Origin: Bryobacterales bacterium
GTDB taxonomy: Bacteria > Acidobacteriota > Terriglobia > Bryobacterales > UBA6623
Reading direction: 5' to 3'
Assembly: GCA_963422375.2 (NCBI GenBank)
Contig: OY729427.2
Span: forward strand, 1,632,001 to 1,696,000
Length of the DNA: 64,000 nucleotides
Under the pieces are notes generated by a model. The model saw nothing but the letters and a program-made list of their open reading frames with translations, did not search any database and was not told the origin of the DNA. Positions 22,455-34,589 of this stretch are shown piece after piece; position 1 is the stretch's first letter; each line of letters begins with the position of its first letter. The translations under genes were made by a program, and so were the position numbers.

Positions 22455-24455
22455 ATGGACCCGCGCATCGAAAAGCTCAAGTCGACCACTTTTTTCGGGC
22501 ACCGCCTGACGCGCAAGCAGATCGCCGGCATCCGGGAAACCGTGGAGACGTTCCCGGCCCTCAGCCGCACCGAGCTGGGCCACACGATTTGCGAGCACTT
22601 GCGCTGGCAGACGCCCGGGGGCAACAATCGCATCCAGCTGGCCCTGCGCCTGCTGGAGGCGCTCGAGGGCCTCGACATCGTGCAGCTGCCGCCGTTGCGC
22701 GAGGGCCCCAAGCGCGGCAAGGAAGCCCCGCCCCGCTGGACCAGCCGCAGCGACCCGCGGCCGCCCGTCGAGGACTCTCTGGCCGACCTGACGCCGCTCC
22801 AGCTGCAGGCGGTCTGCGCTCCGGAGAAGGTCGAGGAGTGGAAGGAATGGCTCGACCGGTACCACTATCTGGGCTATCGCCATCCGTTCGGCCCCCACCT
22901 GCGCTACTGGCTCCTAGACCGCCGCCAGCGCAAGCTGGGCTGCATGCTGTTCGCCTACGGGAGCAAGACGCTGGCTTGCCGCGACGAGTGGATCGGCTGG
23001 CAGGGCCAAGCCCATCGCAAGCAGCTCGACCTGGTGCTGGGCCAAGCGCGCTTCCTGCTGTTCCCGTGGGTGCGGGTGCGCAACCTGGCCTCGAAGGCCT
23101 TGGCGCTGGCGCTGCGGCAGCTGCCGGCGGACTGGGAGCGGCTGCACGGCCGCTGTCCGGTTCTCGTGGAGACCTTCGTCGACCTGGAGCGCTTCCACGG
23201 CACCTGCTACCGGGCCGCCAACTGGCAGTTGCTGGGCACCACCAAGGGCCGCAAGTCAAGCGGGAGAGCGCCCGCCCAGCCCCCCAAGGGCGTCTTCGTG
23301 CGACCGCTGCACCCGCGCTGGCGGCAGATTCTGCTCGACAGGCCGCGGCCCTCGGCCAAGCCCGCGCGGAGGTCGGCCAAGGAGGCTGCGAGCGAGCCGC
23401 CGAGGGTGAGCAACGAGTTCGTGCAGCTGTGGCGGGGCGTCGTCGGCACACTGACGAGCGTGGCAAACGCCTGGGACCGGACCTGGCTGAAGCGCCAGCG
23501 CAGCATCAACACCCTGCTGGTGATGATGTTCGTCTACCGCCTGGCGCTCGCGCCCGACCGCCAGCGCTACGCGCTGACCCTGTCCGAGCTATGGGAGCAG
23601 TGCCGACAGCTCGGCATCGCTCTGCCGCAGGCGCGACCGGTCGCGGCCTCGTCCATCTGCGCGGCCCGCTCCAAGGTCGGCGAGGAGGTCTTCCGCACGT
23701 TCCACCGCGCCCTGCTGGAGCAAGCCCGCCAGGCCGTGCCCGAGCGCTTCTGGCACGGCCACCGCGTCTTCGCCGTCGACGGCTCCAAGCTCAACCTGCC
23801 CCGGCCTCTGCTGGACGCCGGCTTTAGCACGCCCGGGCCCGAGGCGCAGTACCCGCAAGGCCTGCTCAGCTGCCTGTACCAGTTGCAAGCCGGCCTGCCG
23901 GTCGATTTCGACCTGCTGGCTCGGGCCGACGAGCGCGCCGCCGCCCGCGGGCATCTGGCGGCGCTGCAACGCGGCGACGCGGTCGTCTACGACCAGGGCT
24001 ACTACTCCTTCCGCCTGCTGCACGCCCACGCCCGGCGCGGCGTGCATGCCGTCTTCCGCCTCGAGCGCAACGCCAACGACCCGTTCCAGGCCTTCGCCGA
24101 CGGCGACCGCGACGACGCCCTGCTGCTCCTCGCGCCCGGTGCCGACTTGCGTCGGCGCCATCCCGAGGAGGACCTGCGGCCCTGCCGGCTGCGGCTGGTA
24201 CGCTACACGGTCGCCGACAGCCCCTACGCGCTGGCCACCACGCTGCTGGACCCCCGGCGCTACCCGGTCGGCGCGCTGTCCAAGCTGTACCACGGGCGCT
24301 GGAGCATCGAGGAGTTGCACGAGATCTCGAAGCAGCTGCCGGACGTGGAGGCCTTTCACGGCCAGAGCGAGCGCACGGTCCGGCAGGAACTGTACGCCCG
24401 CTTCAACCTGATCGCGATGATGCGGCTGTCATCCAACCGCAGCGAGGCGGACTAG
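22455..24455 (+). mobile_element. IS4-family DDE transposase with N-terminal DUF4338 (DruA-like) domain; C-terminus probably truncated
   Basis: DUF4338-type YHYLG, RFLLFPWVRVRNLASKAL, VETFVD..GTCYRAANW, then DDE core FAVDGSKLNLP, VYDQGY, YHGRWSIEE. Transposase-like coding appears to continue past the stop in another frame. Confidence 0.85.
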
Positions 24456-24481
24456 CGCGCCGCAGGGCATGCAGGGGACCT

Positions 24482-26844
24482 TCAAGCACGGCCCTCGGAG
24501 CGTAGCGCGCGACCTCGAGGCTCTGTTCCTGCGTCAGGCCAGCCTGGCCGGGGGGCCGGCAGCCGCATCCTCGACGCTCTCCCCTCCAGCCGGCAGCGGC
24601 GGTGCCTCGGCTGGGAGCGGCCGTCGAAGGGAACCGGTCGGTCAGCGATTCGCGTGCTGTTGCCGCCGTGGACCGAAGGCTCGGCGCACCACTGCCGCCG
24701 CAGCAGATCCAGCCCTTCCTCCAAGCCCGCGTCGAGCCCTAGGACGCTCGCCGGCCCGAACGGCAGGCCCCGGTCGAGGACCTTGCGGCTCTCGTCCCGC
24801 CAAGCCTCGTTCGCGGGTCGCATATTCCTCGCCATGCCGTCCTTGAACAGGGCGCGGCAGCGATCCAGCTGCCCGTCCGTCAGGGTGCGCGGGTCGAGCA
24901 CCGGCAGCCCGGGCAGGCCGGTGCTCGTAATCATCGAGCGGCCCGACTGCTGGCGCGTCCCTGTCCACGAATGCATGAGCAGGCCCGGCGTCGAATTGCA
25001 CCACAGCAGCAGCTCGTAACGCTCGCGGGCCGGCAGGACGGTCGGCCACGCCCTGCCTCCTAGGCACGCATCCTCCGAGAGGCACATTGCGAGGCTTTGG
25101 GAGTTCAATCGGAAGTCGCGGCTGGCGTGCAGGCGGGACGCCGCACGGTTCCAGCGCTCCAGCGCCCGCTCCTCGTCCCCCGGGCGGGGATCCCCGCACG
25201 AGTCGGGCGGCACGACGAACCGGCGCTCCCGCTCGGCGGAATGCGTCCACAGCATGGGGTACGTCGGCACTTCGCCGGGGCGAACGCGCCGCACGACGAA
25301 GGGGCCTTGCGGAGGTCCCGTCTTGTTGCGATCCGTGGGACCTCCGCTGATGTCTCGGTCGACCAAGCCCCGCTTGGCGATAGTGCCGAGCGTCGTGACC
25401 GCCAGTTCGACCGCCTGCGTCGTCCGGGGCAGACGGAGCTGACCCGCAGCCAGGCTGCGGGCCGCCTCGATGACGCTCGCGGACCGAACGCCCGCCGGGC
25501 CTGCGTCGAGGATGCTGCCCCGCACGGCAGGGCCCCCGGTGTTCTTCGCCTCTGCCGCGGCTTCCAGAAGGGAAGAGGGCCGTGCCGCCAGGTTGAAGTA
25601 CGTCGTCTCGCCTCCGCCGCCCTTCGTGGCCACCACCAGGCATTCGGCCATGCCGGTGTCCGTGGAGAACGCCCGCGCCGTTGAGCCGCTGGCGACGATG
25701 GATGTGACCTGAATGTCCTTGTAGCGCGCCCTCAGCGCCTGTCGCGCTCGCTTCCACGACCTGCTCCTGGCGAACGCGAACGGCAGGACCGAGGCCAGCG
25801 CGCCGCCGTCCTTCAGCTTGCGGTGCGCCAGGTCCATGAAGTTCGACGCCAAGCCGGCATGGCCGCTGCCGAAGAGGGACCCGGACTTTCTGAGACGCCG
25901 CCCCATCGCCTGCTGCTCCTCGCTCGACGTGCCGAAGCCCGCGAACGACGGTACCGGGATTCCGGCGCGGGCGGATTCGTGGTTCGTGGGGCGCGTGAAC
26001 GGCGGGTTCATGATCACTAGATCGCAGGAGCCGTCCCTGACCGTGACGCTGTGCTGCCCGTGGCTGGCTGATTCCGTGCCGCCCACGGCCGCGGCGAACA
26101 GCGAGTACGCGTGCTCGGAATCCAGCAGATCCAGCGCCCCGATGTGCGTCCCGCCGCCGTCGATTCCGTAGGGCATCGTGAAGATTCGGGAATCTCCGTA
26201 GGCCAGCGCCGGGTGAGCGCTGGACAGCATCGAGCAGGTGAGATGCGTCGCCGCGGGCATGATGTCGAGCCCCGTCAGGACGCGCTCCATTAGCGCCCGG
26301 TGCAGGTCCTTGTCGTCGCCGTTGCCGCGCCGGTAGCGCCGGCACACCGCCCGCTGCGCTGCCGAGAGCAAGGCTTCGTTGCCGCAGGCGAAGTCCGCGA
26401 TCCGCAGATTCTCGATCGTGGCCCGATCCGACCAGTCCTGCTTCAGCCGCCCGCCCGCCAGCTCGGCCAACAGGCCGGCCGACTCGGGCAGGGTGTAGAA
26501 GGTGGCTAGGAACTTGCGGTCAGCGATCAGCGTCTGGAGCATCCTCCCGGTGAGGTCGTGATAGCTGGTCGCGCCTAACCCCGCAAGGGCGGCGAGAGAC
26601 TCCGCGACGTGCTCCATGACCGGCGGGACGGCCCTGAGCGGCATCTCCCGGACCAAATCGCGGGCGATGCTGAAGACCGGCCAGTAGTTGATCGCGAGAA
26701 TCGCATTCCAACTGTTCAGGAATGCGTCCTTGCAGATGGAACCTGTCGGCGGAACGGGCGGGATCCCCGGCTGCCCCTCGATCGCCGCGTGGAACACGAA
26801 GGCAGAGACGAAGATGGCGGCCGCCATGCGCTCGGTCTGCTCGC
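24482..26844 (-). pseudogene. Type IIG-like restriction-modification enzyme (N6-adenine MTase and TRD region), N-terminus removed by an IS
   Basis: FYTLPES, degenerate motif I DFACGNEALL, motif IV VIMNPPF. The frame runs into the IS terminus at 26845. Natural stop probably near 24640. Confidence 0.75.
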
Positions 26845-28560
26845 CAGCGATTCTCAATTTGGGCATTTGGGGATTTCCAGAGTGTCTGAGAAAGGTGTCG
26901 AAGGCAGTCTGGCACTTGACTTTTCCTAGCGGAATGTGTGGGCTGGGGTGAATGCCCCATGTCCTGGATTCGCTGCCGAGCGCCTTCCGCGAGACGGCCG
27001 CCGGCCTGCCCGACCGGCGCGAGGGTCGCAGCAACAAGCGCTACGAGGTCAGCGACGCCGCCGGTTGCGCCCCGGCCTGCTTCTGCACCCGGTGCGAGTC
27101 GTTGCTCGCGTTCCAGCGGCGCATGGAGCGGGACGGCTCCCGCTGCAACTGCCGGACCCTGTTGGGCGCGGGCCGCATCCCCTGCGACAATCGGATCCGC
27201 AACTTGCTCGACGACCGCGACCCGGCCGCGTTCGACCCGCCGTTCCGGCCGTGCCTCGAAACCGTGGCCGCGCAGGGCGCGCTCGCGCCCTTCCAGCGCC
27301 TCGACGAGCGCCTGCCGGCGGCTCCGGACGGCGTCCGGTTCCACCGCTCCGACACGGTGCATTGCCCGCAGTGCTCGGTGCGGCGCGTCGGCAGCGAGCG
27401 CCGGCCGCATCACTTCCGCACCATGGCCGTCGGCCACCGCGGTGGCCGACGGCCACGCCACCGTCCTGCCGCTGATGCCCGAGTTCGCGCGCCCGCAGCA
27501 GGACGCGGCCGCGACCCGCGCCGACATGAGCGAGGACGAGCGCAAGCGGGACTGCGAGCGCAACGCCGCCAAGCGCTGGCTCGCCGCTCACGGCGCCTGG
27601 CTGCAGGCCTGCCGCCCCGTCCTGCCGGGCGACGACCTGCACTGCTGCCAGCCGGTCTGCGAGGCCGCCGCGGCGGCCGGCATGGACTGCATCCGGGTAG
27701 GCAAGCCCGGATCCCGCAAGCACTTGCACGAGGTGCCGGAGAGCCGGCGGGCGAGCGGCGCGGTGCGCTCGACCGGCTGGCTGCCGCGGCGCGGGAAGGG
27801 CAAGCGGTCCGAGCGGCACCGTTTCCGCCGGACGGCCGCGGCGCCCCTGCGCAAGGGCCGCGACGCCCTGCAGGGCACTTGGATCGAGTACGCCGTGGAG
27901 CGCGACGGCAAGCGCACCTGCGCCAGCAGCTTCTTCGCCGGTCTCGCGGTCACCGCGGACAACGCGGAGCGGATCGCGCGGGCCGGCCGGGCGCGCTGGA
28001 AGATCGAGAACGAGGGCTTCAACTGCCTGGCGCGGCACGGCCGCAACTGCAAGCGCAACTTCGGGCACGGCAAGGAAGGGCCGGCCAACGTGCCGGCCGT
28101 GCCGAACCCGTTCGCCTTCGCGCTCCACGCCGTGCTGCAGTGCGTCTGCGCGCTGTGGCAGCAGTGCCGGCGCCAGCCGGTCACGCGCCGCGCCCTGTTC
28201 CGGGAGCTGCAGGTCGCGCTGCGCTGGTTCCGCTTCCCGGACCGGCCGACGCTGCTGGCGGCGGTGCGCGCCGGACGCGCGCCTCCGGGCTGCCAGGCAG
28301 CCGGGGCCTGGACTCCGCGCAGTTTCGTGCCGGCAGCGTCCGGCCAGCGGCCGGCCGTCAAAGCCGGCTACCGCCGGAGTGCGTCCGGCCGCGGGCTCGG
28401 CACTCGGCGGACCCGCGACGCGGGCCGCGCCACGGCCCTGCCCGCCGTCCGACGCTCCCGCGGGGCGGCCTCGGGAGCGCAACCTCTCGGTCAACTTATT
28501 CACCTCATCCTCCGAAACAACGTTCACGCACCCCCTTGACGGCTAAACTTAGAACCGCTG
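26845..28560 (+). mobile_element. ISNCY-like insertion sequence with frameshifted transposase
   Basis: Imperfect TIRs CAGCGATTCTCAATTTG / revcomp CAGCGGTTCTAAGTTTA. Transposase from 26952 with HCPQC, DCERNAAKRWL, GRARWKIENEGFN, NFGHG; frameshift near 27430. Confidence 0.8.
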
Positions 28561-28933
28561 GCAAGTTGCGGATCTGGTTGTCGCAGGGGATGCGGCCCAC
28601 GCCGAACAGGGTCCGGCAGTTGGAGCGGGAGCCGTCCCGCTCCATGCGCCGCTGGAACGCGAGCAACGACTCGCACCGGGTGCAGAAGCAGGCCGGGGCG
28701 CACCAGGGCGCAACCGGCGGCGTCGCTGACCTCGTAGCGCTTGTTGCTGCGACCCTCGCGCCGGTCGGGCAGGCCGGCGGCCGTCTCGCGGAAGGCGCTC
28801 AGCAGCGAGTCCAGGACATGGGGCATGCACCCTAGCTCACAAATTCCGCAAGGAAAAGTCAAGTGCCAGACTGCCTTCGACACCTTTCTCAGACACTCTG
28901 GAAATCCCAAAATGCCCAAATTGAGAATCGCTG
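28561..28933 (-). mobile_element. Inverted partial copy (left end and 5' transposase) of the ISNCY-like element
   Basis: Near-identical reverse complement of about 26845-27205, ending GAGAATCGCTG at 28933. Confidence 0.9.
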
Positions 28934-29745
28934 CCGCAACCCGCAGCCACTGGACTGCCTGTTCGATCTTCAGCCTGCGACATCTCGCTGCTGGACGGCG
29001 GGCGCCCGCCCGCGGCAGCCCGCCCGAACCCGCCAGGCCCGGGGCTGGGGCAAGACCCACCAGGCGAGATCCTCCCGGTCAGCCTCCCGCGCGGACGCCA
29101 GCCCCTCCGCTGGCCGCGCGCGAGACCGGCAACCTTGCAGGAGTCCTCCTGGCGCATTCGGACTGCCGACCGCAACACCCGGTCCGGACCTGCCCGACCG
29201 TATCCTGCAACCCCTATCGGCGAAGACCAACTCGCAAGACACCAGTCCACGACCGCGTTCCCTCACGCCCCCTCCTCGCGTCGGACGGCCCAACGCGCAC
29301 GCCGAGCTCTCCCTAGCCCGCAACCGCCCGCAAGCAGAATCGAGAATTCCGCCTTCCACGAGGTTCCCGCGGCCATCCTAGCCAGCGGAACCGGAATCCC
29401 GGGTCTCGATCGAATCGACCCAGCGCACGGCTCGACGCGCAAGCCGGTCGACTTCGCCGGACATCCTGCCTGCGTGGCGCATGGGCAGCAAGGGCCTTGT
29501 GCCGGAACGACTCCACCTCGAGGGATCGCAGAGCCTCCGCTCGTCGAGAGAGCAGCGAAGCGCCAGGCCCCAGGCTGCGGCAGCCGACACCGGGCCCCGT
29601 CCACGACCTCTGAGTGCGGCCGAGCCGCAGGCTCCCGTCGGAGGGACACCGGCGGGCCTACTGCCGGGATTCCGCCCTCCGCGCAGTCCGAGACCGCACC
29701 GGCGCGCTGTCGGGGGTGCCGGGAGGGACCGGTCGCAGGGAGCCC

Positions 29746-31443
29746 TCAATCGACCCCGCCCCCTGACACTCGCCTGTATTCGAGGAGCGCGGACGGCCCG
29801 GCGATATCGACCACGCGAACGATCCGTTCGCGACCGTCCGAGCCGGCCAGGTGCACTTCCTCCCCGAGATCGAATCGATACGGCTGCCGTTCCCCGCCGT
29901 TCACGGCGACCCTGTCGGCCCGAAGGTACTTCCTGCGATGCGCGTCCGACGAAACCTTCAACAGCCCCTTCAACGCCGGGACCTCTCCCTCCCCGTTCGG
30001 AAACAGGACCGCGCCGCCGTCCGAGAGCGGTTTCAGCGTGACAGGCAGGGCGCGTTCCGCAGGGATCCATTCCTGCTCCACGTGAGCCGCGAAACCTCCG
30101 GCCGCCACGTAGACCGTCACGGGCCGATAGGGCGTGTGCAATTGGAAGCGGGCCTCGCCGCTTGCATTGGTGACCGCATGCTTGCAGTCCGCGTTCGGAA
30201 CGACACCCAGCACGTCGGCATCGGCAACGGGTCGGTCGTTCGCGAAGACCGTCAGCGATAGCTCTGCACTCCGCATGCCCACCCCGCGCGCCATGGTCCA
30301 CGGCACGAGATCCCCGTCGGCTCGCTGCTGGTACTCGTCCCCTCCGTAGACGACCTGCATGGAGCAGTCTCCCGGCAGGTCGGAGAAGAGCCGTCGCGTG
30401 CGCCCGGCGCGAGCCAAGAGACTCCTTGACGGCGTCGCGGACGACTTGGCCTCCACCAATCGCAGGCCGTCCGCATGCTCGATGACAAGATCGACCTCCG
30501 CGCCGCTACGGTCGCGGAAGTACGTCAGCCCTCCGGACTCGCCTAGATTCATCCGATTCTTGACGATCTCCGAGACCACCCACGTCTCGAAGATCGCCCC
30601 CCGCAGCGGATGCGAACGCACCTGTCCGGGCTCGCGGATGCCGAGCAGCCAACACGCCAAGCCCGTGTCGTGGAAATACAGTTTCGGCACCTTCACGAGG
30701 CGCTTGCGGATGTTCCGGTGAAACGCGGGCAGGCGGAAGACGATGAAGCTCGCCTCGAGGATGCTCAGCCATGCCTTGGCGGTCGGCTGCGAAACGCCGC
30801 AGTCGCCCGCCAGCGACGAGTAGTTGATCATCTGCCCGGTTCGACCGGCGCAGAGTTCAAGAAATCGCTGAAACGTTACTAGATCGCCCACATTCTTGAG
30901 CGCTCGCACGTCACGCTCCAGATAGGTAGCGACGTACGAGCGCAACCACCCTGGCGCTTCAAGATTCCGGTCGAAGATGCGCGGGTACGCCCCGGCGTGC
31001 AGCGCTTCCTCAATGCTCCCGGGTGGATTCTCGAATCGCCTGATCTCGCCGAGCGCCAATGGCAGGAGGTGGTAGACCGCAGTGCGGCCTGCAAGGGACT
31101 GGCTGACCGACCCGAGCAACGAAAGGTTCTGCGACCCGCTGAGGATCCATCGCCCGGGCGTGCCGTCGTCATCAATCATGCCTTGCAAGTAGGACAGCAG
31201 GTCCGGGACGCGCTGCACTTCGTCAAGGACGGCACCTTGCGGGAACTGAGCCAGAAATCCTCTAGCATCTGTCTCAGCGAAGGCACGGGCGTCCGGTGCC
31301 TCCAGCGTGACGTACGGATGACTCGGAAACAGCATCCGGCACAGCGTCGTCTTCCCGCTCTGACGCGGCCCAGTGACGGTGACCGACGGCATCTGAGCCG
31401 CCGCTCGGAGCAGTTCCGGTGCTAAATCGCGGGCAATCGTCAC
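29746..31443 (-). CDS. AAA_14 ATPase with DUF4143 (PD-(D/E)XK-like) domain and an extra C-terminal domain
   Basis: GPRQSGKTT, LDEVQ, SLAGR, PKLYFHDTG, EVDLVI...VEAK; about 170 additional C-terminal residues. GTG 31443 preferred over ATG 31452. Confidence 0.88.
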   Translation of the reverse strand: MTIARDLAPELLRAAAQMPSVTVTGPRQSGKTTLCRMLFPSHPYVTLEAPDARAFAETDARGFLAQFPQGAVLDEVQRVPDLLSYLQGMIDDDGTPGRWILSGSQNLSLLGSVSQSLAGRTAVYHLLPLALGEIRRFENPPGSIEEALHAGAYPRIFDRNLEAPGWLRSYVATYLERDVRALKNVGDLVTFQRFLELCAGRTGQMINYSSLAGDCGVSQPTAKAWLSILEASFIVFRLPAFHRNIRKRLVKVPKLYFHDTGLACWLLGIREPGQVRSHPLRGAIFETWVVSEIVKNRMNLGESGGLTYFRDRSGAEVDLVIEHADGLRLVEAKSSATPSRSLLARAGRTRRLFSDLPGDCSMQVVYGGDEYQQRADGDLVPWTMARGVGMRSAELSLTVFANDRPVADADVLGVVPNADCKHAVTNASGEARFQLHTPYRPVTVYVAAGGFAAHVEQEWIPAERALPVTLKPLSDGGAVLFPNGEGEVPALKGLLKVSSDAHRRKYLRADRVAVNGGERQPYRFDLGEEVHLAGSDGRERIVRVVDIAGPSALLEYRRVSGGGVD

Positions 31444-31463
31444 TTGGCGCATTCTAGCACGAA

Positions 31464-31502
31464 ATGCGGCTGATTCAAAATCTCATTTTGAATCAGCCGC
31501 AT
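31464..31502. promoter_or_regulatory. Perfect 18-bp inverted repeat over the predicted -35 of the ATPase promoter
   Basis: ATGCGGCTGATTCAAAAT-ctc-ATTTTGAATCAGCCGCAT. Minus-strand TTGAAT (31478-31473) N16 TAGAAT (31456-31451). Confidence 0.75.
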
Positions 31503-32404
31503 CTTGGCCCGGCTGCTCGGTGCCGGAGTCCAGCCGCTCGGGGGAGAGTTGCCTGACGAATGCGCGCCGCCGCCCCACGCATTCGCCGACTCAGACGCGG
31601 GCCGAGGGCGTGTCGCATGCTCTCGCGGAGCGGTCCGGGAGCCGGAGCGAACCGATGGTCACTCGGTCGCTGCCTGCGCTTAGATGCGGGCTCCCTCTCC
31701 GGCGGCGGAGCGAAGAGCTGCTCGTGACGTCTGGCTGCGGTCTGAACACCGTCCCGTTGCGAGATCCTGATTCCGAGCTCCTTGCGGAGGGCGGTCACCC
31801 AGGCGCAGTCCGCCATCACGGCGTGCGGACGCGACGCCAGCGCGTCTTCCGATCTGCAAGTGCGACTCTGGATGCACGGACGGCCGGCTGTACACCGCTC
31901 GCTGGCCCAAAGGCCTGCCGGTTCTCGGTACTGATCGTTGGCGAGCGCCTAAGCCTCTCGCAGCGAGTCGCGCCGCACCAAGGAGAGATCCATCACCTCC
32001 GTCAGTCATGGCCGGGTCCCGGAACCGCGATGATCTCGCACGTGCCCAGCTGACAGTGGAGTCGTCGATTGCGAGCCTTGCAGCCGCGGGGAACCTCGAC
32101 GACGGCAGTTTCTCAGCAATGCCCTGCCATATCTCTCCCGTCGGTATGCGGTGCCCAGACTTCTGGATATCGACAGATTTAGGATGTCGCGGGTTTCGAG
32201 CGGGACACCCGGTCCGAGAGCGGGTTCCGGGCCGGCTCAGGCGGGCGGGGGCTCGGTTCCGGGCGCGCTCGGGGAACCGCCCGCCAGCGGAAGCGGCGGG
32301 GAGGGCGCGGGCGGCTCCGGCGCGACTAGCAACTCGTAGACCAGGCGCAGGCTGCCTTTCGCCCAGAAACTATGGCTTGACAAAAATGACGGGAAGTGTT
32401 CTCA

Positions 32405-34421
32405 ATGAGGCCTGCACCAGCAGCACTGCATCCTCGAGACTCTGACCCTTCCGGAGTCCGTCGCGCGCGTCAAGGCCCTGCAGGAGGACGAGGACCTGCC
32501 CCGGCGCAGCGACATCGCCCGCCGCGTCTGCACCGAGTTCGGCTTCTTCGACGCCTTGGGCCGTCCCCAGCTCGCCAGCTGCTCAAGGCCCTGCGCATCC
32601 TCGACGACCGCGGCCAACTCGAGCTGCCCGCCCCGCTCCACAAGGGCGGGCACGGCTCCCCGCGCCGCCTCGACCGCCCCGTCCCGCCGCCGCAAGGCGT
32701 CCCCGCCAGCGTCGAGGACGCGCGCGGCCTGGCCCTCGAACTCGTCGCCGCCGCCGAGCGCCGCCTGGTCTGGAACGAACTCGCCGCCGCCGAGCATCCC
32801 CAGGGTGCCGTCTGCCACGCCGGCGCCCGGTTGCGCTACCTGCTCGTCTCCGACCACGGCATCCTCGGCGCCCTCGGCTTCGCCGCCGCCCTGCAACTGG
32901 CCGACCGCGACCGCTGGATCGGCTGGGACGACTTCCAGCGCCGCCGCCTGCTGCACCGCGTGGCGGCCCTCGGCCGCTTCCCGGTGCGGCCCGCCGCGCA
33001 GTGCCGCAACCTCGCCTCCAAGGCGCTGGCCCTCTGCCTGCGCCGCCTGCCGGACGACTTCCGGCGCCGCTACGGCTACGAGCCCCTGCTGCTCGATACC
33101 TTCGTCGATCGCAGCTGCCACGACGGGGCCTGCTTGGTCGCCGCCAACTGGATCGCGGCCGGGCGGACCGCCGGGCGCGGCCGCTTCGCCCCGACCGGCA
33201 CCGCCGTGCCGCCCGAGACCGTCTTCCTGCTCCCCCTGCGGGCGGACTGGCGCGCGGAACTCGGCGTGCCCGCGCCGCGCCTGCCCGCCCTCGACCCCGC
33301 CGCAGGCCTCGACCGCGACGCCTGGGCCGCGCAGGAGTTCGGCGGCGCCCCCCTCGGCGATGTACGCTTGACGCAGCGCCTGGTGCGCTGCGCCGCCGTG
33401 CAAGCCGACGTCCCGCGCTCCTCCTTCCCTTCCGCCGCGCAGGCCGACAAGGCCCTGGTCAAGGGCTACTACCGCCTGCTCGACCGGCCCGCCGCCGCGC
33501 AGGTCACGCCGGCGAGCATCCTCGCCCCGCACCGCGCCCGCACCCTGCAGCGCATGCAGGGCCAGGACACCGTGCTGTGCCTCCAGGACGGCACCGACCT
33601 CAACTGCACCGAGCGGCCCGGCTGCGCCGGGCTGGGCTTGGCCGGCCAGAACGCCAACTCCAAGGGCACGAAGGGCACGCCGGGCCTGCACATGCATTCC
33701 ACGCTGGCGGTCAACGGGGAGGGCCTGCCGCTGGGCGTGCCGCTGATCCAGTTCGACGCGCCGGACGGCAAGGCGCGGAAGGACGAGCCGCCCGCGGAGC
33801 GCAAGACGCAGCGCCGGGTGCGCGGGCTGCGCGACTGCGCCGACCTGGCCGCGCAGCTGGACCTGGCGCTGGTGCACGTGCGCGAGTACGACGCGCCCGC
33901 GGGCGTCGAGGAGGTCGAGGAGCTGGAATGGTTCCTGCTGACCAGCCTGCCGGTGCGCGGCAAGGCCGACGCCCCGCGCTCCCGAGCGCCTGCTGCGCTG
34001 GTACGGCCTGCGCTGGCGCATCGAGGACTGGCATCGCGTGCTCAAGTCCGGCTGCAAGATCGAGGGCCCGTGCAACCGCCGGGCCGAGCGCATCGAGCGC
34101 GCCGTGACGATCAACGCGGTGATCGCCTGGCGCCTGCCGGCCATGACGCTGCTGGGGCGCGACACGCCGGAGCTGCCGGCGGAGATCCTGTTCTCCGACT
34201 TCGAGCTCGGAGCACTGCGCGACTTCGCCCGGGACCGGCGGCTGCCGGTCCCGGGCGGCTACCTGTGGCGCCCCAACGCGGGGCCGCCCGGCCACGAGAT
34301 CGTCTGGGAGGGCTACACGCGCCTCGTGGCCATCGCCCAGGCCTTCGAGCGGGCGGTGCGACTGGAACGGAACTCCGATCTGTACCACCGTCTACGCCCA
34401 GACAAGACTTCTGGGCCATAG
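32405..34421 (+). mobile_element. DUF4338 fused to an IS4 (IS50/Tn5-group) transposase; frameshifted and internally deleted
   Basis: CRNLASKAL, YGYEPLLLDTFVD..GACLVAANW; Tn5-type WAAQEFGGAPLGDVRLTQRL, LCLQDGTDLN, EWFLLTSLPV, RWRIEDWHRVLKSGC in shifting frames. Confidence 0.85.
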
Positions 34422-34589
34422 GCAGGGCGCGGAGCCTGACTCTTCGAAGTGGCGCACCGACATCTTCTTCCCCGTGCGTTCCGCCGCCGAAGTCCCGCAA
34501 GTGGAGCCCGTTTCGCCTCTGGCTTGCGGCGACAGCTCCTGAAGCCCGCGGGCGTCGCAAGGTGGCCGGGCGGTGCCTGCGGCCTTGGT

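Noticed and set aside
31503..32400. Short ORFs between the ATPase and the second DUF4338 element
   Set aside because: No recognisable motifs and interrupted frames; probably decayed DNA, and no call is supportable.
22455..34421. Complete Druantia defence system
   Set aside because: Only DUF4338 domains fused to transposases; no DruE-like helicase or other Dru genes.
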